From NCBI GenBank assembly GCA_963674735.2, contig CAXXQS010000002.1:2080001-2144000 (forward strand): DNA of 64,000 nt, read 5' to 3'. Shown in pieces: positions 56,236 to 64,000 of the stretch. Under the pieces are notes generated by a model, which was given only the letters and a program-made list of their open reading frames with translations, searched no databases and was not told the DNA's origin. Within the stretch, counting starts at the first letter, position 1. Each line of letters begins with the position of its first letter. Origin of the DNA: Myxococcota bacterium (lineage in GTDB: Bacteria > Myxococcota_A > SURF-8). A program made the translations under genes and the position numbers.

Positions 56236-57441
56236 ATGGCTTTTATTAAAGATTCATCATCAGATTATTATGAGCCAATGACATCGGAAGAATTCCGCTC
56301 TTTTTACCGTAATGGTCGACGAGAATTTGTAAATATTAGCTTTTTGGATGTTGAACTTGAGAACTTTGATAATATTGAATCAGTAGTATTTTCTAATTGC
56401 ATATTTGAGTCGGTAAAATTTGAGCAACAAATAATTAGGAATCTACGTTTTAAAAATTGTCGCTTTAGTAAAACAAACTTTAATAATAGCCAGTTAAGAG
56501 TATTCTTTCAGGATTGTATTTGTGAGCACCTAAATTTCAAGGCTGACGGCAATGCACTAATAATATTTTATGATAGTCAAATTGACCAGATGTCTTATGC
56601 GGGCAATTTGCGTATTATAGTATGCAAAGGAAAGGTTAAAAAATTAACGATCAAAAACATGTCCGATGTTTCTGCATCACGATTTTCAAATTGCAATATA
56701 GAACGTTTTGAATTTCAAGAAGGAGCAATGTGTAACACTCAATTTGTCTATTCAGAATTACATGAGTTGCGTCTAAAAAAAATAAACCTATCAGGAAGCA
56801 AATTCAAACATTGCACACTCAATATTCTAAACTTTAAAAATATTATTAGCTATGATTACGTTGAATTTGTTAAGTCATCTTTTTCTACAACCATTTTTAC
56901 TACGCCTTTTAATTCACCCATATATCAAGACATACCCTGCAATGGTATCAAACTGGTAGACAATAACGGAGGATTAGAATTTCAGCGTTATCTAAAAACT
57001 CAAGCCTATATAAATGAGTTTGCGAGCCAACACTCCTTTTCAGCTAGCGTCTGGCGTTGGACTTCATGTTACGGCCAATCATTGCTTCTCATTTTAGCCT
57101 GGGCAACACTGTTCTCAATTGGTTTTGGTTTTATTTATCATCTCAATATTACGAGTCTTAATTTTCCAGAGAGTGATCAGGCATGCTATTATCTAAACTA
57201 TGAACTTTTAGGACCGAGGAGTGAAGCTCAAGAAAAAATATTTTCTTCTGTAAATTGCAGGTTTTTCTGGATCAACTCTTATTATTTTAGTTTTGTGACA
57301 TTTACGACACTTGGATATGGTGACATAACAGGAAAAACAATTCCAATACGAATCATTGTTATTCTTGAGTCCTTTTTGGGATATTTCCTTTTGGGGATGA
57401 CTTTGGGTGTAATGGTCAATAAATTTATTGTTAGGCCATAA
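56236..57441 (+). CDS. Pentapeptide-repeat protein with C-terminal two-TM potassium-channel pore domain
   Basis: F.NC.F repeats; W..TS.YGQS; YYFSFVTFTTLGYGDI selectivity filter; ES.LG. Confidence 0.85.
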   Translation: MAFIKDSSSDYYEPMTSEEFRSFYRNGRREFVNISFLDVELENFDNIESVVFSNCIFESVKFEQQIIRNLRFKNCRFSKTNFNNSQLRVFFQDCICEHLNFKADGNALIIFYDSQIDQMSYAGNLRIIVCKGKVKKLTIKNMSDVSASRFSNCNIERFEFQEGAMCNTQFVYSELHELRLKKINLSGSKFKHCTLNILNFKNIISYDYVEFVKSSFSTTIFTTPFNSPIYQDIPCNGIKLVDNNGGLEFQRYLKTQAYINEFASQHSFSASVWRWTSCYGQSLLLILAWATLFSIGFGFIYHLNITSLNFPESDQACYYLNYELLGPRSEAQEKIFSSVNCRFFWINSYYFSFVTFTTLGYGDITGKTIPIRIIVILESFLGYFLLGMTLGVMVNKFIVRP

Positions 57442-57472
57442 TAACTTAAAGATGATTTTCTTTTCTTATTTC

Positions 57473-58459
57473 TCAAGTTCCAAATAAGAATACCTTCCTT
57501 GTTCTAGTTTTCGGCTTTTCCCTCACGCAAATAGAGCCAGGAAATATCAAGTCACATCCTATTAGCCAGCTGTGATCACGCATGTTTTTTAGACAGTCGA
57601 TAACCGCCTGATTTTGATCTACCGAGTCTGTGGCAGAGCAGGTTTTTAACGGCACATCCGCAAGAATTTCTTCTAGATTGCCGGATACGGGGGGCCATTC
57701 AATTTGCCCTCTGTAAACAACTGAGTGGATTTTTTCTCCATTAGCTAGACCTAAATGTCGAATTCCACAGTAAGTCCACCCTGGTTCTTGAGGAGCTGAA
57801 CTTTCAACAAGAAGCATCGGCAACATCATTGACCCATCGTAGCCTGAATCGACCGTAAAACAAGGGGGATCATCACGTCTAAGTTTCCTGTGCCAATTAA
57901 ATTCTTTCAATTTTCCATTTTCATGATATTTCAATGCCCCGATAAACGGGATACACCTTGACCAATCAATCACAACTGTTGGCTTCGGGGTATTCCCCTG
58001 ATATTTGAAGTAGCCGTCTCCATTGTATTTTGCTTCTGAAAGCAAGTCATTTGAACCTGGTACGAAGTAAAATAAATAACCAAAACGACTGCGAGTAACT
58101 TTAGTTGTCCGAGTTTTCATTAGTTTGTAAGCCGACAACATGCTTTTTGCATCTGTAAAATGAGAGGTAATACTACCCTTAAAAGAATTCGAATCATAAA
58201 AATTTTGGATGTTGATGCAAATATAATATCCGCGGCGGTTATACTTATTTGATTTCAGACGCTCCAACTCACGATCTGTCTCTGGATGGCTTTGAAACGC
58301 CTCTAGTGCCATATCCATTCGGTTAGCATACTCGCTATATGTCTTAAGCCAAGTTTGTGCCTGGATATGCGTTTTTTCCCTTGGGCTTTTCAGATACTTA
58401 TTAAATTTCTGAGCATCTGCTTGCTTCTGATTGTTTTTTTTGGAACTGAAAAAAAGCAT
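57473..58459 (-). CDS. Protein with C-terminal clan AA (retropepsin-like) aspartic protease motif
   Basis: FTVDSGYDGSMMLP, LGLANGE, LIGCDLI follow the D[TS]G.../flap/LIG pattern. RBS GGGAG. Confidence 0.6.
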   Translation of the reverse strand: MLFFSSKKNNQKQADAQKFNKYLKSPREKTHIQAQTWLKTYSEYANRMDMALEAFQSHPETDRELERLKSNKYNRRGYYICINIQNFYDSNSFKGSITSHFTDAKSMLSAYKLMKTRTTKVTRSRFGYLFYFVPGSNDLLSEAKYNGDGYFKYQGNTPKPTVVIDWSRCIPFIGALKYHENGKLKEFNWHRKLRRDDPPCFTVDSGYDGSMMLPMLLVESSAPQEPGWTYCGIRHLGLANGEKIHSVVYRGQIEWPPVSGNLEEILADVPLKTCSATDSVDQNQAVIDCLKNMRDHSWLIGCDLIFPGSICVREKPKTRTRKVFLFGT

Positions 58460-58514
58460 ATACAACTCCCGGTGGATTTGTTTTGAAAATATGTTGTTTG
58501 GGGGATAGATTACC

Positions 58515-59690
58515 CTAGCGCTCTACTATAGCTAATGAAAAATCGTCCGACTGAAATTCTGTTAATGCTTTGGGACCAACATCAAAAGTTGAATGACCAA
58601 TTACAAATCTATTCTTATCAGGTGGAACAGCGATAATTCCTGCTTTCAAATTACACTCTTCAAGTTTTTTAATGCAAAGATCATAGTTTGCTTCGATAGA
58701 AAGGAATTCGGAAGCATAGTTTGTATTGATCGTCTTAAAAAATTTACTGAAAGGATTATTTTTAGGAGCTAAGGTTCCAACTGGAACTTGACCGGATGTG
58801 GTAGGCTGTAAACACTCATTTAGTTTATTGTGAGCTGTTTTTAGGGAATGATTATTGTCGAATAAATACCGATTGTTAAAAAGTATGTCAAGCGCTTGTT
58901 CTTTTTGGGTCTCCAACTCTACGATGCGCTCATCGAACCATGTGATATGTGCTGCCCCGATTCCAACGATCCAAATGAAAACAAAAAGTAAATTTGCAAG
59001 CGATAGAAAGGTATGTGTACCCAAAAGCAAAGTAGTGGAACTACCGGAAAGAGAGAGATCCAGAAGAGGCCGAAGAAAACCTTTTGCTTGAAGAAAAGTC
59101 ATAACCACTATGCACACAATGAAGACCCATCGCCAAAGCGATGAATAGCCACATTTTTCATAGGTTCTGGAAAGAGATTGCAATAGGAAGAAAGAGGTAA
59201 GGCCGACAAAAATAAGGTCTGGAAGTTTGTCCCAGTAAAAATAAGGACTATCGGGGTTAAACCAGACTATAGCAACTGACCCACTAGCAGCTAAGAGAAA
59301 CAAGATAAATGGGGATGCCATCTTAATATAATCACCAAATACGTGGGGTGTAGTCTGCTTGCTTCCAAATATTTTTAAAAACTCTGATGAGTATCGCAAT
59401 TCGATCGCGGCCTTTAAAATAAGAGAAGTATTAAATATTGCCAATATGTCTATCAAATACGTTTTGAGCAAGCTTTTGGAAAGGATTTGACAAAAGCCAA
59501 TAACGCCTAAAAAGAAGAACGCAGCTATAAACCATTTTAGAGAAGAAGTGGAGGTTGATTTCCTAGATTTCTCAGCTTTGTATATCGAATAGAGCCATAT
59601 CGATCCAAAAATCGAAATAGCCCCTGTACCTAAGGCGATTAAACCAGAAACCAACTCCAAAGTATTTGGATCGATGTTATTGTTTATCAA
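58515..59690 (-). CDS. Seven-TM membrane protein with soluble C-terminal domain
   Basis: Seven hydrophobic segments in the first ~250 aa, then a coiled-coil-like linker (ERIVELETQKEQAL) and ~140 aa soluble region. Start uncertain (TTG). Confidence 0.7.
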   Translation of the reverse strand: MINNNIDPNTLELVSGLIALGTGAISIFGSIWLYSIYKAEKSRKSTSTSSLKWFIAAFFFLGVIGFCQILSKSLLKTYLIDILAIFNTSLILKAAIELRYSSEFLKIFGSKQTTPHVFGDYIKMASPFILFLLAASGSVAIVWFNPDSPYFYWDKLPDLIFVGLTSFFLLQSLSRTYEKCGYSSLWRWVFIVCIVVMTFLQAKGFLRPLLDLSLSGSSTTLLLGTHTFLSLANLLFVFIWIVGIGAAHITWFDERIVELETQKEQALDILFNNRYLFDNNHSLKTAHNKLNECLQPTTSGQVPVGTLAPKNNPFSKFFKTINTNYASEFLSIEANYDLCIKKLEECNLKAGIIAVPPDKNRFVIGHSTFDVGPKALTEFQSDDFSLAIVER

Positions 59691-59963
59691 ATCGAGAACC
59701 TATCAGAATATTTGCGTAAGTCCTAGCTAACCTCCACAACTTTGAATCATGTATCTAGGAAGTGGGGAATCAAATTAATTCGGAATCTGCCTTAGCAATT
59801 CATAACAAGTAATAAAGACACTAGTCAAGTAATTATTATTCCAGAATTAAATAACTATTATTATATTTCATTAAAATAATACACTAATTATTGTATACAC
59901 ACAATACTTTATTTTCGTTTCGCTTTATTTTTAAATGTCTAAATCCTTTCTTCCCTTTTCCGC

Positions 59964-59992
59964 TTGACATCTTGTGGGTGTCCGTTTATATT
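59964..59992 (+). promoter_or_regulatory. Sigma70 promoter of arsR
   Basis: TTGACA-N17-TATATT. Confidence 0.7.
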
Positions 59993-60029
59993 TTAGTAGT
60001 TGCGTATGTTTGCATATATGCGAGGTTCC

Positions 60030-60425
60030 ATGTCCCAGCTTCAGCCCGACGACCGCCTTTTCGCCATTCACTCAAGCTTCTGCACCGTCATGGCCAACGA
60101 AAAACGCCTGCGCATCCTGTGGCGGCTGGGCGAACACGGCGAACATTCGGTGGGGGAGCTGGCCGAGGCACTCGGTATCTCGATGACCAATGTTTCCCAG
60201 CACTTACGTATTATGCGCGATCAGCGCGCGGTGCTGACACGCAAAGCGGGCCAGACGGTCTACTACCGCTTGTCCAGCCCGAAATTCTTCGAGGGTTGTC
60301 GGCATATCCACGCGGGCCTGGTGGATCTGTACCGCCCGCTCTCCGAGTTGCCGGATCCCCGGACCAGCGCGGCCATCGTGCCGCCGACGGATGCCGATCG
60401 TTCTCCAGCCGCTCCCGAGCGGTGA
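60030..60425 (+). CDS. ArsR/SmtB family regulator
   Basis: MANEKRLRILWRL, SVGELA..LGIS..NVSQHL, RKAGQTVYYRLS. Confidence 0.9.
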   Translation: MSQLQPDDRLFAIHSSFCTVMANEKRLRILWRLGEHGEHSVGELAEALGISMTNVSQHLRIMRDQRAVLTRKAGQTVYYRLSSPKFFEGCRHIHAGLVDLYRPLSELPDPRTSAAIVPPTDADRSPAAPER

Positions 60426-60464
60426 TGATGCGACCCCACGGTCCCTTTCTCAACGAGGCACGCT

Positions 60465-60686
60465 ATGGAAAGAACCTGCAAAAACCATCCCGACCGCCCC
60501 GGCGAACTGTTTTGCGCCAAATATAATCGCTTCCTTTGTCGGGAATGCGCCGTTTGTCAGGATCCCACCCTTTTCTGCCGTTACCGCACCCAGTGCCTGA
60601 TTCACGAATTCGAAAAGCATGGGCGTCCCGACGACGACACGTCGAATGCCCCCGCGACCGGCACGGACGATTCCAGCCCGGTTTGA
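60465..60686 (+). CDS. Small Cys/His-rich (B-box-like) metal-binding protein
   Basis: CKNHPD...C.K....CREC..C......C.....C; RBS GAGG; directly after arsR. Confidence 0.7.
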   Translation: MERTCKNHPDRPGELFCAKYNRFLCRECAVCQDPTLFCRYRTQCLIHEFEKHGRPDDDTSNAPATGTDDSSPV

Positions 60687-61225
60687 TCCACGACTTTGCA
60701 GGATTGTCAGAATCCTGGCACGAACAGTGGCGATTTGCCGTCATGCCTATACCCCACGGTGACATGGGGGGATAAATTGCGTCTTTCCGAGAAGAACAAA
60801 GAAAACTCAGAATTTATAGAAGCTGAAAATCTCGGATTCGCGCAAATAATGCGTATTTCGGCCGATTTTGTTTCATTTCTTTACAGACGCTGTCGTCTCC
60901 TTTTTTTAGCTGTATTATCTGTTAGTTAGATTTTCTTTGCCTTATTCCTATTAAGTATTTCCACATATACGAATAAAGAGTCCGACTTAGGAAAAAATGC
61001 CTAAGATAGTGATATGGTTTGATAATTAATGATAATTACATAATAGTATGTGACAATTGTTTGGAAAGTCACCTGTCAAGATTGTTCATGAGACGGCGAA
61101 AATATTTCGCCAACACCATTTCAGGGATTATTCATATCGGAATTAGGATCTGCACTGTTGGTAGGTAAGATACTGTATTTGTTGATTAATATTAAGTTAA
61201 TAATAAATCGCCGTTCGTTCCGGCT

Positions 61226-61242
61226 TTGGCACATTCCTTGCT
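61226..61242 (+). promoter_or_regulatory. Sigma54 (-24/-12) promoter
   Basis: TTGGCAC-ATTCC-TTGCT matches the consensus, immediately after an AT-rich tract (61178-61208). Confidence 0.75.
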
Positions 61243-61470
61243 GCTATTTATAGCTGTGGACGCCAAGGAAGCTGTCTTCCTTGTGCGCAAGAAACGTGAA
61301 ACCATCTGGATACGAGGCGATCGCTTGATATTTTTGCCGTTCTTCAGATCCGTGTTATGGTTACGTGTCGCGGGTGAAAGCCTGAGCCGTTTCCGGAACA
61401 ACTGGATAGTCGGCGGTTTGTCGATGCAGCCTGTCCCGATTTCCTCCACACGCCGTAAGGAGACACCTAG

Positions 61471-61713
61471 ATGAGCCATTCTTCCTCGGAAACCGCGTCA
61501 TACAATCTGCAGCAAACAGCGGAGAATCGTGTGGCCGTCACCAAACCGGCCGCGCAGGTCGAGACGCTCTACTTCGATGCCGACGCGCATGACGATAGCT
61601 GGTTGACCCGCGTTGCTCCCCGGATGCTCGCTTTCCTCTTCTTGACCGCTGGGATCGGAGTCGGTATCACCTGCATCGTCGGTTTCTTGCACGCGATTAC
61701 GCGCATGCCCTAA
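61471..61713 (+). CDS. Small membrane protein (80 aa)
   Basis: RBS TAAGGAG; one C-terminal hydrophobic segment. Confidence 0.65.
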   Translation: MSHSSSETASYNLQQTAENRVAVTKPAAQVETLYFDADAHDDSWLTRVAPRMLAFLFLTAGIGVGITCIVGFLHAITRMP

Positions 61714-62005
61714 CGGTGTTTCAAGCCAGGCAATCGCACGCGGGCTTCGGTCCGCGTTTTTCGTTTTATGGGAAATGCTTCGCTTTCAGGTCGCGTAATC
61801 TCTTTCGAATCCTGCCTCTGTTGATCCCTTTGCATATTCTTCGGCGGATCGTCTTGCGGATGCGGGCGTGTCGGCTATACTCGTTCCACGCAGCCATCGC
61901 GCAACTTCGCTTTGAAAAGCCCCAGGCCGCTTCAACCTCGTTGAGCCGAGGAATGGACCATTGATCCGGATCACGATTTTTAGAAACAGCCGACGAGCAG
62001 ACCGT

Positions 62006-63544
62006 ATGCGTCGCCTCGTTTCCGTGGTGATGGGTCTTCTTCTCCCGTTTTATCTCGCAGCCTGTCAGTCCATCCCTTACCGCGACGCGCCGTCGACGGC
62101 GGTCGAGAATGCGTCCGCCGAGGCGATCACTTTCGCTTCGACAGCGGAACGTCCCAGCGCCTACCTGCTCGATCCGGCGTCCCGGAAGCTGCAAAGCTGG
62201 AGCCGTCGCGCGCCGCTCGACCTGACATCACGCGTATCCGCTTCCGACCTGGCCGCCGATCTGCGTGGGTTGCGCGCAAGCCTGCTGGCGGTTTATCCTT
62301 TTTCCACGAACCCGGACGCCTTTTCGCCCGCCCAAGCGCAGGCGATTTTCGCCGCCGCCATCGAACGGTGTGCGGGAAGCGGAACGGTCGCGCTTAGCGA
62401 GGTGCTTGTCCCGCTCTTGGCACACTGGCGTTTCGCGACGGGCGATCGGCACTTTCAGCTACAAAACGTCGCCGGGCTGGAAGCGGCTCTGCAGCGGGTG
62501 GGCTGGCGACGCAGCCTCTCTCGTCCGGTCTTTGTCTCCGCCGATCCGGCGACGACCGCACCGGCCTGCCGTTGGGTCGACTCCATTCCTTTGATTTATC
62601 CGAGCGCCCCGTGTATCTGGCGCACGCGCATGCGAAACGAGATGGGGCAATGGGTGCCGGTGTGGATGCTAAGCGCTTTCGCGGATTCCACACCTCAACT
62701 GGTTTGCGAGGGACAACCGGTTCCGCTGCAGCCCGTCGCATCCGTTGCGGAGAACGCGCGCTACGTAAACGCTCCCGACCAACCGGCCTATCGGTTCGAG
62801 CTGCAGAACGGGACCGCCTGGATCCGCCTGCACAGTTTCTCTTCCCGTTTCGATCGCGAGCTGAGGCGTTTCGTCGAGGACGTCGCGCGCCACCGAAAGG
62901 CCCGCCGTCTGGTCGTGGACCTGCGCGGCAACGGCGGCGGAAACAATCGCTACGCCTATGAGTGGTTCAACGCCCTGACCGCCCAACCTCGGGTCGTCGG
63001 GACGGCCAGCCAGCGTTATAGCGCCGACGTCGCGGCCCTGCGCGCGAATCGGGCCGTGTTGGATTGGCTCAGGCGGTCCGACGCGGGCCGACAGGAAGCG
63101 GGAGCCGCCCTGCCCAAGGAGCTGCTTCGTGTGTTCGCAGAGGTGGCGCAGGCTCCCCGTACCGCCGTGGAACAGACCGGAAACATGGAGTGGGGCGGTA
63201 GCGCCGAGCGAGACTACACCGGGCGGATTTGGGTGTTGGTGGACCGGCACACCGCGTCGTCCGCCGAGAATCTGGTGCTGGCCCTGCGCGAACTTCCCAC
63301 GACCCGGATCGTCGGCGAACCCACCGGCGGTTTGATCGAAGCCGGGGAAGTCGGCCTCGTGGTTTTGCCGCGAAGCGGCCTTGTCTGGGGGATTCCCACC
63401 AAGCGTTTCAGCTATGATACTCTGCCGATCTGTGCGGAGGGCGTGGGGATTCCGGTCGATGTTTACCTGCCCGACCTGCCCGATAATCCACTGGAGGCCC
63501 TGCAAGCCTCCGGGTTGTTCGATTCGTCCTTCACGCGACCTTAG
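62006..63544 (+). CDS. S41 family peptidase lipoprotein
   Basis: LAAC lipobox; WIRLHSF, VDLRGNGGG, VLVDRHTASSAE, IVGEPTGG, EGVGIPVD. Confidence 0.88.
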   Translation: MRRLVSVVMGLLLPFYLAACQSIPYRDAPSTAVENASAEAITFASTAERPSAYLLDPASRKLQSWSRRAPLDLTSRVSASDLAADLRGLRASLLAVYPFSTNPDAFSPAQAQAIFAAAIERCAGSGTVALSEVLVPLLAHWRFATGDRHFQLQNVAGLEAALQRVGWRRSLSRPVFVSADPATTAPACRWVDSIPLIYPSAPCIWRTRMRNEMGQWVPVWMLSAFADSTPQLVCEGQPVPLQPVASVAENARYVNAPDQPAYRFELQNGTAWIRLHSFSSRFDRELRRFVEDVARHRKARRLVVDLRGNGGGNNRYAYEWFNALTAQPRVVGTASQRYSADVAALRANRAVLDWLRRSDAGRQEAGAALPKELLRVFAEVAQAPRTAVEQTGNMEWGGSAERDYTGRIWVLVDRHTASSAENLVLALRELPTTRIVGEPTGGLIEAGEVGLVVLPRSGLVWGIPTKRFSYDTLPICAEGVGIPVDVYLPDLPDNPLEALQASGLFDSSFTRP

Positions 63545-63694
63545 GCAAGCGCAATTCCGGGGAGCCCGGCGTCGGCGGCATTTTCGCGAATAGGCGAAAG
63601 CCCTTTTTGGCCGAGAATCGATTTTCTGTTATACTAAAAGTTCGTTATCGGTATCGGACAAGGTGTCGGGGGTTTGCCAGCGCGGGAGGTTTAA

Positions 63695-64000
63695 GTGGGC
63701 GCGCGTTTCAATCCGCAGATGATCGAGCGGGTCGTGTTGAAAGTGGGTAGCAGTTCCATCGTCGGAAGAGACGGCGAGGTGCGTCTGGGGTTTCTGGGAC
63801 AGCTCGTCACCCTGATCGGACGCTTGCGCGCCACCGGACGGGGCGTCACCCTGGTAACCTCGGGGGCGATCGCCATGGGCTATACGCGTCTCGGTTTTCC
63901 CCAGCGTCCCACCGATATTCCCTCACGCCAGGCCTGCGCCGCCGCCGGACAGACCGAGTTGATGACCCTCTATCAGAAGCTGCTCGATACGCTGGGCGTT
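63695..64000 (+). CDS. proB: Glutamate 5-kinase (5' part, runs off the window)
   Basis: Not in the ORF track. RBS GGGAGG and GTG give ...RVVLKVGSSSI...LVTSGAIAMG...RQACAAAGQTELM. Confidence 0.92.
   Translation, partial: MGARFNPQMIERVVLKVGSSSIVGRDGEVRLGFLGQLVTLIGRLRATGRGVTLVTSGAIAMGYTRLGFPQRPTDIPSRQACAAAGQTELMTLYQKLLDTLGV

Larger units (their letters stand above)
55975..59960. mobile_element. AT-rich horizontally acquired islet (three genes)
   Basis: Abrupt shift to AT-rich composition and A/T-ending codons between the marR and arsR promoters. No integrase seen; boundaries approximate. Confidence 0.7.

Noticed and set aside
55975-59960. Prophage or integron origin for the AT-rich islet
   Set aside because: No integrase, tRNA target, flanking direct repeats or convincing attC sites were seen.

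Overview
GC-rich bacterial chromosomal window. It looks like a Deltaproteobacteria/Myxococcota-like anaerobe, judging from many Cys-rich, DGD-repeat lipoproteins and AgmX/PglI-type proteins; this taxonomy is inference. Main contents, left to right: (1) a glpA-glpB-ferredoxin operon flanked by two direct copies of a 183-bp MITE/REP-like element; (2) a tightly coupled operon metF-like (degenerate) / PAS histidine kinase / hdrC / hdrB / hdrA / mvhD / metV / metF / response regulator / hybrid kinase, in which mvhD is a selenoprotein (in-frame TGA plus SECIS) missed by the ORF track; (3) galT-glgA followed by a cysteine-less radical-SAM/SPASM-like gene and a degenerate GT4 gene; (4) lipoproteins, lspA-lgt, transporters and peptidases; (5) a 1531-aa papain/FGE-sulfatase lipoprotein with 40 DGDVPT repeats; (6) a MerR regulator preceded by a stand-alone 58-aa copy of its own effector domain behind a 19-bp-spacer MerR-type promoter; (7) a ~4-kb AT-rich island with a 7TM protein, a retropepsin-like protease and a pentapeptide/K+-channel protein; (8) arsR with a Cys-rich mini-gene, a sigma54 promoter, an S41 peptidase and the 5' part of proB. 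No rRNA, tRNA, CRISPR array, integrase or transposase was recognised. All calls come from motif recognition by eye, with no database search.
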